From an uncultured Pseudomonadota bacterium (GTDB taxonomy: Bacteria > Pseudomonadota > Alphaproteobacteria > JACZXZ01), in contig CAVVLJ010000021.1 in assembly GCA_963749075.1 (NCBI GenBank), positions 480,001 through 544,000 of the forward strand: a stretch of 64,000 nucleotides of DNA, given 5' to 3'. The translations under genes and the position numbers were made by a program. Below, one piece after another: positions 37,323 through 46,369 of this stretch (the stretch's first letter is position 1; each line of letters starts with the position of its first letter). The notes under the pieces were generated by a model. That model was not told the DNA's origin and did no database searches. It saw nothing but the letters and a program-made list of their open reading frames with translations.

Positions 37323-37446
37323 AGCACTATCCCTCTTTCGGCGGGGTTGCCGCGCTGTCGCTCTCTGGCTTAGTCACGATTTCTCTTGTTGCGTGCATGG
37401 GTTGCCTTCGATCGTTCAGATGAAGTCCGGTGTGCGGTCCGGCGCG

Positions 37447-37562
37447 ATGTCTGCTTATGGCACCTTGCGGCGGTGCCGGCAGCGTGCAGGCGTGTCCGGG
37501 GTTGAAGGAATAGCTGCCGCGCCGCTGACGTGGTCGGATGGCCCAGGATCTCGAGCGGACGC
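37447..37562 (+). repeat. Structured repeat, copy C (small 3' deletion)
   Basis: ATGTCTGCTTATGGCACCTTGCGGCGGTGCCGGCAGC...GAGCGGACGC. Confidence 0.88.
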
Positions 37563-37755
37563 CGGCATTCGTGCATCGTTTAGCGCGTGTACCTTCCTCG
37601 AAATTCATACGACGGCGCAATCGCCGCTTGCCGCACGGGCGTCGACACCATAACGAGCCGAACCGCGGGCCTGTTCAGGGCAAAGCGTTGCTCGCGACCG
37701 TGGTGCCGATGGCCTGAATCGGCAGCCCGCAAGACCGATCGTCGTGCCTCTTGAT

Positions 37756-38256
37756 CTATTTTGCGGCCCCGAAGAACTGATAGGTCGCGGAGTAGCGCAT
37801 TCGGGCCTGCTCGCCCAAGTGGCTTGCGTCGCAGCCGGTTGCAGGTGCCGCACCCCCCTTGGTGTCGGCCCGGCGGATCGTCGTGACCGCGGCGAGGCTC
37901 CCCGAACCCTCGTGGGTCTTGACCTCGAGGAGGAGCCAGGGAACAGCGCCAGGTTGAGGCGCCTCCGCCTTCGCGAAGATCGCGCCGGTGACCTCGGAGC
38001 CGTCGGCGAGCTTCCAGCCGGGGCCCGCGAAGTGGGTTCCGATCTGCCTTCCCTTAGCGTCGAAGAGATTGGCCTCGGGCGCCTTGAATACCCACTCCGG
38101 TCCCTTGTCCTTGGCCTCGCAGGAATAGATCTGAACTCCATCGGCCTCAGCCTCGGCCAGGAGCGGCGCACCCGCTGGCGGGGCCACCGCGGCCTGGCCG
38201 GCGAGCGCGGGCACTGTGCAGAGGATGAGCAAGGCGCCGGCGACACGAATGATCAT
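37756..38256 (-). CDS. DUF3455-like secreted protein
   Basis: GVQIYSC, PEANL, GTHFAGPGW, VPWLLL, T.GG.AP. Confidence 0.8.
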   Translation of the reverse strand: MIIRVAGALLILCTVPALAGQAAVAPPAGAPLLAEAEADGVQIYSCEAKDKGPEWVFKAPEANLFDAKGRQIGTHFAGPGWKLADGSEVTGAIFAKAEAPQPGAVPWLLLEVKTHEGSGSLAAVTTIRRADTKGGAAPATGCDASHLGEQARMRYSATYQFFGAAK

Positions 38257-38432
38257 GGCATTCTCTTCCCCGCGACCGCCCCGGGCGATCGCCGTCGTGG
38301 TTGCAGTTCCGGTCAATGCGTCATACCGGACGTTGACGAGCCGCTGCCGACCAACCTCGATTTATCAGTTCTCGCCCTAGCCTCCTCGTATCGTCTCCGG
38401 GTGCCTTGAGGCCGCCGCCGCCCCGCGCCGCC

Positions 38433-39257
38433 TCAATGCCCCTGCAGCACCAGCACCTCCGGCCTGCCGCGCGGCAGGGTGTCGCGCGAGACTTCGGCCG
38501 TGGCGCTCTCGCTGATCACGATGCTGTGCGTCTCGCGCATGCGCTCGAGGAAGCGCTCGAGCGTCGCCTCTGTGAAGAAGTGCATGGGGATGACGAGCGG
38601 GGCCGCGATCTCGCGCACCACCTCGATCATGTCGGGCTGGCTCATGGTATAGACGCCGTCCACGGGAACGAGGAGCACGTCGATCTGGCCGAGCTCGCTC
38701 AGATGCACGTCGGTCAGCGTATGGTGCAAATGGCCGAGGTGCGCCACGCAGAGATTGGCCGTCTCGAAGACGAAGATCGAGTTGCCGTTAAATCGCGTGC
38801 CGCCCTCGTCGCGCACGTTGGTCGGCACGTTGCGCACGCGCATGTCCTTGTAGAGGATGTTGTAGCGCGCGAGGCGGCCCGGCTCGTCCCAGCCGCGCAG
38901 CACGTATTTGATCTCGGGCTCGGGCGTGTCCGTATAGTGCATGGAATGCGCGTTGTTCATGGTCACGATGTCGGGAATATGCGGCGGCTTTATGATGCCG
39001 TTGTAGTCGGTCACCGCCGTCACGCCTTCGGGCGATTCGATGAGGAAGCTCGCGTGGCCGAGGTAGGTGAGCGAGACCGTGCCGGGTGCCAAGGCGAGCC
39101 GCGGGGCGACGCTCGCCGGCTGGAGGAGCCCGTGGCTCCCTTCGGCGATCGGCAGGCAGGCGGCCGCCGCGAGCGCCGGGAGTGCGAGGAGGGCGGCGAG
39201 CGCCAGCGCCGCAGCCTTAAGCCGAGGTGGCGCGCCCGAAGGCAGAGCCGGGACCAT
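38433..39257 (-). CDS. MBL-fold metallo-hydrolase
   Basis: YLGHASFLI, HSMH, HLGHLHH, IPMH. Confidence 0.8.
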   Translation of the reverse strand: MVPALPSGAPPRLKAAALALAALLALPALAAAACLPIAEGSHGLLQPASVAPRLALAPGTVSLTYLGHASFLIESPEGVTAVTDYNGIIKPPHIPDIVTMNNAHSMHYTDTPEPEIKYVLRGWDEPGRLARYNILYKDMRVRNVPTNVRDEGGTRFNGNSIFVFETANLCVAHLGHLHHTLTDVHLSELGQIDVLLVPVDGVYTMSQPDMIEVVREIAAPLVIPMHFFTEATLERFLERMRETHSIVISESATAEVSRDTLPRGRPEVLVLQGH

Positions 39258-39396
39258 GACCGTCTCTCCAATCTGCAGGCACCGCCATCATAGCACGGCT
39301 GCGCCGACCTGCGAGCAATTCCCCTGTCAATCCCCGCTGCCGGCGATAAGCTCGAGGCCGGCGCGGGAAGGGCCGCGCAAGCGGAAGGAGTAGGCC

Positions 39397-40257
39397 ATGT
39401 CTGCGGTATCGAAGTTCCGCGCGCTCCTCGACGGGCCCGGCATCGTGGTGGCACCCGGCGTCTACGACGGCCTCTCGGCCAAGCTCGTCGAGCGCGCCGG
39501 CTTTGCCGCCGTCTATGCAAGCGGCGGCGCCATCGCGCGCAGCACGGGCGTTCCCGACCTCGGCCTCCTCGGCGCCGCCGAGATGGCGGCGCGCATCGCC
39601 GAGATCGCCGCGGCCACGCGGCTTCCCGTCATCGCCGACGCGGACACCGGCTACGGCAACGCGCTCAACGTGCAGCGCACGGTGCGCCAATACGCGCGCG
39701 CCGGGGCCGCCGCCCTCCATCTCGAGGATCAGCTCTTTCCCAAGCGCTGCGGCCATTACGAGGACAAGGCGCTGGAGCCGGCCGAGACCATGGTGCAGAA
39801 GATCCGCGCCGCGCGCGAGGCGGCCCAAGAGTCGGGCCTCGTCATCATCGCGCGCACCGACGCCATCGCGGTCGAGGGGCTCGAGGCGGCCCTCGCGCGC
39901 GCCCGCCGCTATGGCGAGGCGGGAGCCGACGTGCTCTTCGTCGAGGCGCCGCGCTCGCTCGCGGAGATCGGGCAAATCGCGGCGGCACTGCCGCAGCTCA
40001 AGCTCATCAACATGTTCCAGGGCGGCAAGACGCCGCTCGTCCCGATCGAGCGCTTGCACGAGCTCGGCTACAAGATCGTCATCATCCCCTCGGACCTGCA
40101 GCGCGCCGCCATCCATGCCATCGAGGAGACGCTCGCCGCGATCAAGACGCAGGGCAGCAGTGCTGCCGTGGCGGAGCGCCTCGCCTCCTTCGCGGCGCGC
40201 GAGGCGCTCGTCGGCCTCGGCGACTATGTGGCGCTCGAGAAACGCTTCGCCGGCTGA
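39397..40257 (+). CDS. Isocitrate lyase/PEP mutase family (PrpB-like)
   Basis: DADTGYG, LEDQLFPKRCGH, IARTDA. Confidence 0.9.
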   Translation: MSAVSKFRALLDGPGIVVAPGVYDGLSAKLVERAGFAAVYASGGAIARSTGVPDLGLLGAAEMAARIAEIAAATRLPVIADADTGYGNALNVQRTVRQYARAGAAALHLEDQLFPKRCGHYEDKALEPAETMVQKIRAAREAAQESGLVIIARTDAIAVEGLEAALARARRYGEAGADVLFVEAPRSLAEIGQIAAALPQLKLINMFQGGKTPLVPIERLHELGYKIVIIPSDLQRAAIHAIEETLAAIKTQGSSAAVAERLASFAAREALVGLGDYVALEKRFAG

Positions 40258-40275
40258 GCGCCGGGGGCTTGCGCG

Positions 40276-41343
40276 TCAGGCCGCCGCCTTCTTCCGGTTC
40301 GCATCGAGCCGCGCATCGACCAGGGCGACGATGGCGTCGATGACCGGATGGCTCAGGCCCTTCTCTTTGGCGATGAGCTGCACCAGCTTGTCGGCGCGCT
40401 CGATATTGGGCGCGCCGTTTTGCAGGGCGCGGGCGGCCGAAGCCGGACGCGTCAGGCTTTGAGCCGCGGCGGCGTATTTCTCGAACGGCACCAGGTCGCC
40501 CGGATCGGCGCCGAGCTTGACGCAGAGATCGTTGACGAAATTGTACACCGAGCGCGCGGTCTCGATGTCGCCGTGCACCGCCTCTTGCGCGGTGCGCATG
40601 CCGTCCTTGGTGACGCAGCGATAGTTGCCGGCGAGCAGCATCGCCCATTTGGCCAGCGGCACGAAGATCGAGTCGTGCACGCGCAGCTTCACGGGCAATT
40701 CGATCTCGCCTTCCGGCGTGGCGAAGCGCACCGCGTCGATGTCCTTTTCCAGCCGGCGCAGGATCGCGGTGCTGGCGTCGGAATCGAAACGCGCGACCTT
40801 GAAGTTGGTGGGCAGCGTCACTTGCAGCACGTTGACCTTCTCCTCCGGCGGGCGGATCGCCTGCGGGTCGGGGCTGCACAAGGTCAGGCAGCCGGGAGCG
40901 AAATTGTCCCACACGCTCGGGTCGGTATAGGCGGGCTTGAGCGTGTCCGCCTTCAGCCCCGGAATACGCTTCATGTAGGGCAGCGGCGGCATGTTCATGA
41001 TCGACATGCAGGGCTTCAGCGACCTGGCCACCGCGTCGAGCAGCTCGCGCACGCCGGGCGAGCGGTATTGCGGCTCCTGCATGGCGAGGCCGATGAGATC
41101 GAATTCCTTCGGATCGAAATCCTTGGTGCCGCCGGCGGAGACCTTGCCCGGCAGCTTCTGCGAATCGATCTCGATCGGCTCCTTGCGGCCCTTGACCGGC
41201 ATGCGCACGCGGAAGCCCTCGGCGTTGATCAGCTCGGCCTCCGCCGGCAGGCAGACGAGCTTCACGTTGTGCCCGCCGAACATCATCTTGGAGGCGAGCA
41301 GCGATCCGTAGGACGCGCCCATGATCAGGATGTTGTACGCCAT
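40276..41343 (-). CDS. Conserved hypothetical, ketopantoate-reductase-like
   Basis: ILIMGASYGSLL Rossmann start; strongly biased codon usage. Confidence 0.7.
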   Translation of the reverse strand: MAYNILIMGASYGSLLASKMMFGGHNVKLVCLPAEAELINAEGFRVRMPVKGRKEPIEIDSQKLPGKVSAGGTKDFDPKEFDLIGLAMQEPQYRSPGVRELLDAVARSLKPCMSIMNMPPLPYMKRIPGLKADTLKPAYTDPSVWDNFAPGCLTLCSPDPQAIRPPEEKVNVLQVTLPTNFKVARFDSDASTAILRRLEKDIDAVRFATPEGEIELPVKLRVHDSIFVPLAKWAMLLAGNYRCVTKDGMRTAQEAVHGDIETARSVYNFVNDLCVKLGADPGDLVPFEKYAAAAQSLTRPASAARALQNGAPNIERADKLVQLIAKEKGLSHPVIDAIVALVDARLDANRKKAAA

Positions 41344-41542
41344 GGCCATCGACTCCCTTGTCGCTTCTGCGCAGACCTCGAGAAGGGCCGCTTTGTGCTC
41401 GGCCGTCGTCTTGTCGTCCACATAGACGGGCGCGCCCGAATTTCCCCTCCCACGGTTGCGCACGGACCGCGCGCCGTCGAGCGCCGGCCGCACTGCCAAC
41501 CCTACGCCGTTCGCTGGTTTGTGAACAGGCCCGCTCGAAAGG

Positions 41543-41578
41543 AAAAAGAAAACGGGCCGGGTGTCGCCACCCGGCCCG
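41543..41578 (-). terminator. Rho-independent terminator
   Basis: 11-bp stem CGGGCCGGGTG/CACCCGGCCCG plus T-tract on minus strand. Confidence 0.8.
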
Positions 41579-41600
41579 CGCGTCTCGCCGTATCGGCTGC

Positions 41601-42863
41601 TCAGCTCGCGGGCGCCTGCGGTGCTACGCCGATGTACTTGTACTGGTGGATGATGTCGTCGTCCTTATACTTCGGGTCGTGCCTGATCTGGAAGACGCTG
41701 ACCACCCGGCTGTTGATGTCGCCGTTCTGGTCGAACGAGATCTCGCCTTGGAGGGTCTTGACCTTGGAGGCCTGGATCGCGTCGCGGACGTTGGCGTGGG
41801 TCATCGGCTTGCCGCTTTCCGCCACGTGCTTGATGGCGTCGAGCACCACGGTCGCGGCGTCATAGGCCGTGATCGCGTAGTCGTCGGGCTGCGTGCCGTA
41901 CTTCTTGGCGAAGCGCTCCACCCAGCTCTGGACCGCGGGATCCTCGGTCACGTGCGGCGAGGCTTGCGTCGCGTAGAGACCCTCCGCCGCCGGGAAGCCG
42001 ACGGCCTTGAGATACTCGGGACCGAAGACCCCGTCACCGCCGGCCCGGATCATCTTCGGCATCACGTCGTAGGACTGCTTGACGAACTTGACCCCGGCAC
42101 CCGCGACGCCGCCGTAGTAGATGGCGTCCGGGTTCAGCGCCTTGATCTTGGTCAGCACCGTCGTGTAGTCCGCCTCCTTCGGGTTGAGCTGGTCGTGGCC
42201 CAGCACCTTGATGCCGATCTTCTTCGCCTGCCCCTCGAAGGCGTTGGCGATGCCGACCCCGTAGGCGCCCGAATCGTCCAGGATGTAGATCGTCTTCACA
42301 TGCAGCGCGTCGCGCATGTAGTTGGCCATGTTGGGGCCCTGGAAGGCGTCCGTCGTCACCGTGCGGAAATAGACCGCCTTGCCGGCCGGCCGGAACTGAC
42401 CGGCGAACTTCGGGTCGGTGATGTCCGGGTTGGTCGAGGACGGCGTCACCGTCGCCAGGTCGGCGGCGGAGAGGATCGGCGACATCGCCTTGCCCGAGCC
42501 GCTCATCTCCGGCCCCACGATCGCCACGACCTTCGGATCGGAGGCGAACTTCTTGGCATTCGTCGCGGCCTGGGCCGGATCGTACTGCCCCGCCGTCGCC
42601 GTGCCGTTGTCGAGCGTCATCATGTCGATCTTGTAGCCCGCCACGCCGCCCTTGGCATTGGCCTCGTCGATCGCCATCTCGGCGCCGTACTTGATGCGCG
42701 TCGCACCCTCCGCGTCGGCACCCGTGAGCGGCAGTGCGATGCCGATGGTGAGGCTCTTCTCCGCCGCTTGCGAGGGAACCGACCCCCCAAGCGCCGCCAT
42801 GGCCGCAAACAGGCCGGTGGCAACGGACGTTGCCATGAGCCTGCGACGATTTACGTGATGCAT
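41601..42863 (-). CDS. Branched-chain-type ABC substrate-binding protein (possible Tat signal)
   Basis: NRRRLM, LPLTG, YFRTV..D..QG, YGVG. Confidence 0.88.
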   Translation of the reverse strand: MHHVNRRRLMATSVATGLFAAMAALGGSVPSQAAEKSLTIGIALPLTGADAEGATRIKYGAEMAIDEANAKGGVAGYKIDMMTLDNGTATAGQYDPAQAATNAKKFASDPKVVAIVGPEMSGSGKAMSPILSAADLATVTPSSTNPDITDPKFAGQFRPAGKAVYFRTVTTDAFQGPNMANYMRDALHVKTIYILDDSGAYGVGIANAFEGQAKKIGIKVLGHDQLNPKEADYTTVLTKIKALNPDAIYYGGVAGAGVKFVKQSYDVMPKMIRAGGDGVFGPEYLKAVGFPAAEGLYATQASPHVTEDPAVQSWVERFAKKYGTQPDDYAITAYDAATVVLDAIKHVAESGKPMTHANVRDAIQASKVKTLQGEISFDQNGDINSRVVSVFQIRHDPKYKDDDIIHQYKYIGVAPQAPAS

Positions 42864-43020
42864 GCTTGCTCCTCCCTCGCGAAAATCGATGATCGGTCGT
42901 TGCATTCCACTCGGGCCGCCCAAGGACGCGCGTCGGCATGCCCCTCGGCCGCCCGTTGCCGCCCATTCTGGCCAGGACGGAGGCGAGAGTCCAGCGCGGG
43001 TTGGCGGTTAGCCGGACTTC

Positions 43021-44010
43021 CTAGAGCCTGAAGATGCGCTCCGCATTGGCGCCCGCCACCGCCTTGCGCTGGCCCGCCGGCAGCGAGTTGACGCGGCCGA
43101 GGCAGCCCTTCATGTCGCCGATGTTGTGCGGCCAGTCGGAGCCGTACATGACGTTCGCCTCGCCGCCCACGTTGAGGCACATCGCGAGCGCCTCCTGCCG
43201 GTACACCACCGCATCGTAGTAGATGCGCGTCAGATACTCGCGCGGCGGCTCCGCGATCTTCTCGCGCACGGCGACCATGTTGTCGAAGCAGATGTCGAGG
43301 CGGCCCGCAAGATAGGGCAGCGCCGCACCGCCGTGCGACGCGATGATCTTGAGGGCGGGGTAGCGGTCGAGAAAGCCGTCGTAGATCATGCGCGCGATGG
43401 CGAGCGAGGTGTCGAACATGAAGCCGATCTGCGCCACCAGGTTGAAGCGCCGCATGTCGAGATGCTTGACGCCGGGAGGTGCCGTCGGATGCACCAGTAC
43501 GGGGAGCGCCCGGCGGTCGATCTCCTCCCAGATGGGGGCGAAGAGCGGGTCGGTCAGCGAGCGCTCGGCCACGTTGGCCAGCACGATCACGCCGACGGCA
43601 CCCTTGCGGCAGGCGCGCGTGAGCTCCCTGAGCGCCAGCTTCGGGTGCTCCCAGGGGAGCGAGGCGAGCCAGCGGATGCGCGCCGGATAGGCGGCTTGCG
43701 CCGCGGCCATGTCGTCGTTCACGAGCTGGGCCGCCTTGAGGCTGGTCTCGGCGTCGCCCCAATAGCAGTTGGGTGCGGTGAGCGAGACGATCGCCAGATC
43801 GACGCGCGCCGCGTCCATCTCCCTGATGCGCAGCTCGTAGTCGAAATGGCCGGGCTGCGGCGTCATGAAGGGCGCCCCGTCGGAATGGATGCCGAGGGGT
43901 GCCGGATAGTCCTTGCTGCGCTTCACCTCGAAGCGGGGCGCTCCCTTGGCCTTGATGAGCTCGAACCATGCCTGGCTCAGCATATGGGTGTGGACGTCGA
44001 TGACGCTCAT
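43021..44010 (-). CDS. Amidohydrolase_2 (ACMSD-like decarboxylase/hydratase)
   Basis: IDVHTH, VLVHP, SHGGAALP, YGSDWPH. Confidence 0.88.
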   Translation of the reverse strand: MSVIDVHTHMLSQAWFELIKAKGAPRFEVKRSKDYPAPLGIHSDGAPFMTPQPGHFDYELRIREMDAARVDLAIVSLTAPNCYWGDAETSLKAAQLVNDDMAAAQAAYPARIRWLASLPWEHPKLALRELTRACRKGAVGVIVLANVAERSLTDPLFAPIWEEIDRRALPVLVHPTAPPGVKHLDMRRFNLVAQIGFMFDTSLAIARMIYDGFLDRYPALKIIASHGGAALPYLAGRLDICFDNMVAVREKIAEPPREYLTRIYYDAVVYRQEALAMCLNVGGEANVMYGSDWPHNIGDMKGCLGRVNSLPAGQRKAVAGANAERIFRL

Positions 44011-44188
44011 GCGCTTCCTTCCCCTACGGCTTCGCGGCCGTTTCTTCCGGCCGGCGCCCGGCGCCGGCCTCACGGGCCGCAATTGTGGATGGCGGCAGCA
44101 TATCGCCCCGGCCCCGGCGCGGACAATCGCGATCGGCCGCAGCCCGGGCCGTGCTAAGCTCGAACGGGGGAGGGCGGAGGCGAGGCGG

Positions 44189-45208
44189 ATGCGGATTTGC
44201 GTCGTGGGGGCGGGCGCCATCGGCGGGGTGCTCGCGGTGCGCCTGGCGCTTGCCGGCGAGGAGGTGACGCTCCTCGTGCGCGGCGAAGCGCAGCGCAGCG
44301 CCATCTCCGAGGGCGGCCTCGCCCTCATCGAGGCCGACGGCAGCCGCCGCCTCGCCCGCGGCCTCGGCACCACGTGCGAGGCCGCAGAGGCGGGTCCCCA
44401 GGACGCCGTCATCCTCGCCGTCAAGGCGCATCACGTGGCTGCACTCGTCCCCGGCATCAGCAGCCTCTTCCACGCGGAGACCGTGGTGGTGACATTGCAG
44501 AACGGCATTCCCTGGTGGTATTTCCAGCGCTTGGACGGGCCGCACGCGGGCCTCAGGCTCGCCTCCCTCGACCCCGACGGCGCCATCGCCGCCGCGATCC
44601 CGCCCGAGCGCATCCTGGGTGCGGTGAGCTATATCGCGGCCGAGCGCCTGGAGCCGGCCTTAGTACGCCATGGCGGCGGCAACCGCCTTCCGCTCGGCGA
44701 GCTCGACGGCAGCCGAAGCGCGCGCGCCGAGCGCCTCGCGGCCACGCTCGCGCGCGCCGGCATCGCGGCACCGATCCTGCCCGACATTCGCGCCGAGCTC
44801 TGGCGCAAGCTGTGGGGCAACGCCTGCTTCAATCCGCTCGCGGCTCTTACCCATGCCACGATCGGGGGCATCACCAGCCATCCCGCGAGCCGGGCGCTCG
44901 TCGTCGCCATGATGGAGGAGCTCAGCACCCTTGCCGCCGGCCTTGGCGTCGATCTCGGCCAAACTGCCGCCGAACGCGTGGCGTCGGCCCTCGAGCGGGT
45001 GGCGCAGCACAAGCCCTCGATGCTGCAGGACGTGGAGGCCGGACGCGCGCTCGAGGTGGACGCCATCGCGGGCGCCGTCGTCGAGCTCGCCCATCTGACC
45101 GGCACGCCGCTGCCCCATTTCGCCGCCGTGCACGCCTGCGCGAAGCTGCTCGACGCCACCATTGCGGCGGAGCGCTGCGGCTTCGCACCGGTAGCTAGGA
45201 GCCATTGA
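44189..45208 (+). CDS. 2-dehydropantoate 2-reductase family
   Basis: GAGAIGG, LQNG, WRKLWGN, SMLQD. Confidence 0.88.
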   Translation: MRICVVGAGAIGGVLAVRLALAGEEVTLLVRGEAQRSAISEGGLALIEADGSRRLARGLGTTCEAAEAGPQDAVILAVKAHHVAALVPGISSLFHAETVVVTLQNGIPWWYFQRLDGPHAGLRLASLDPDGAIAAAIPPERILGAVSYIAAERLEPALVRHGGGNRLPLGELDGSRSARAERLAATLARAGIAAPILPDIRAELWRKLWGNACFNPLAALTHATIGGITSHPASRALVVAMMEELSTLAAGLGVDLGQTAAERVASALERVAQHKPSMLQDVEAGRALEVDAIAGAVVELAHLTGTPLPHFAAVHACAKLLDATIAAERCGFAPVARSH

Positions 45209-45217
45209 TGCGTAGCC

Positions 45218-45319
45218 CACCCCCCTCCCTAACCCTTCCCCTCAAGGGGGGAGGGGAAGTGCATAACATTGCCACAAGCTTCCCCCTCCCCCTCGAAGGG
45301 GGAGGGTGGGGAGGGGGTG
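45218..45319. repeat. Inverted pair of REP-like hairpins
   Basis: CCCTTCCCCTCAAGGGGGGAGGG and CCCTCCCCCTCGAAGGGGGAGGG. Confidence 0.75.
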
Positions 45320-45443
45320 ACGCGCGCTTCACCGATGCTGAGCACTGCCCTGTGACTAGGCTCGCCTTAGGCCCGCCTTGAGATGGGACGGCAGGTGGCG
45401 GCCGATGCCGCCGGAGGGACGCGCCACGCGGATCGCGGGGGCC

Positions 45444-46124
45444 TCAGCTCTCGCTGCGCTCGCCCGCCTCGAAGAGCGAGAAGCGCACCGGGAGGACGGC
45501 GCGCATGCTGAGCTTGCCCTTGTCGTCCTTGGTGACGAGGGTGAGCTGCTGTGAATCGGCCATGCCCGCCGGAATCACCATGCGCCCGCCCGGCTTGAGC
45601 TGGGAGAGGAGCGGCGGCGGCACGAGCTCGGGTGCCGCGGTCACGATGATGCGCGAGAAGGGGCCGTGCTCCGGCCAGCCGTAATAGCCGTCGCCCAGCT
45701 TGAACTCGACGTTCCTGTAGCCGAGCCGCGCCAGGCGCGCGCGCGCCTCGCGCGCCAGCTCCTCGACGATCTCGACGGTATAGACGCGCTCGGCGAGCTC
45801 GGCCAGGACCGCCGCCTGGTAGCCGAGCCCGCTGCCGATCTCCAGCACCTTGTCGCCGCGCTGGACCTCGAGGAGATCGGTCATCAGCGCCACGATGAAG
45901 GGCTGCGAGATGGTCTTGCCATAGCCGATCGGGAGCGGCGAGTCGGCATAGGCGTATTGGCGCAGCTCGAGCGGCACGAAGTCGTGGCGCGGCACGCGGC
46001 CGAGCGCCGCCATCACCGCCGCATCGAGCGTCTCCTTGCCGATCTGCTCGCGGGCGAACTGGGCATGGGCCAGGATCTCCTGCACCATGACGGTCCGAAG
46101 GGCGTCGAATTGCGCATCGCTCAT
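45444..46124 (-). CDS. pcm: Protein-L-isoaspartate O-methyltransferase
   Basis: VPRHDFV, TISQPFIV, LEIGSGLGYQ, GDGYYGW. Confidence 0.9.
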   Translation of the reverse strand: MSDAQFDALRTVMVQEILAHAQFAREQIGKETLDAAVMAALGRVPRHDFVPLELRQYAYADSPLPIGYGKTISQPFIVALMTDLLEVQRGDKVLEIGSGLGYQAAVLAELAERVYTVEIVEELAREARARLARLGYRNVEFKLGDGYYGWPEHGPFSRIIVTAAPELVPPPLLSQLKPGGRMVIPAGMADSQQLTLVTKDDKGKLSMRAVLPVRFSLFEAGERSES

Positions 46125-46369
46125 GGGGACGGCCCTACCGCAGTCCGCGGCGCTCGTGCGCGCCGCACGCGCCGAGAGTTTAGGACGCCCGGCCATCGCT
46201 TTGCATCAGGAAAGCGCGGCCTCTCGGCGCGCGCCAAAGCGCCGCTCCCGCGCGATTGGGGCTTGAATTCCGCACGAGCTGCTTCCTACAAGTAGGCGAG
46301 GGCCCGAAGCCGATCCGACCTTGCCGCCCACTGGCGGCGATCCCGATGCACGCGCGGAAGGATGCGTGG

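Noticed and set aside
34239-37562. 119-bp repeats as CRISPR or canonical attC
   Set aside because: Too long, kb-scale gene-containing spacing, no cas or intI, and no RYYYAAC/GTTRRRY boxes.
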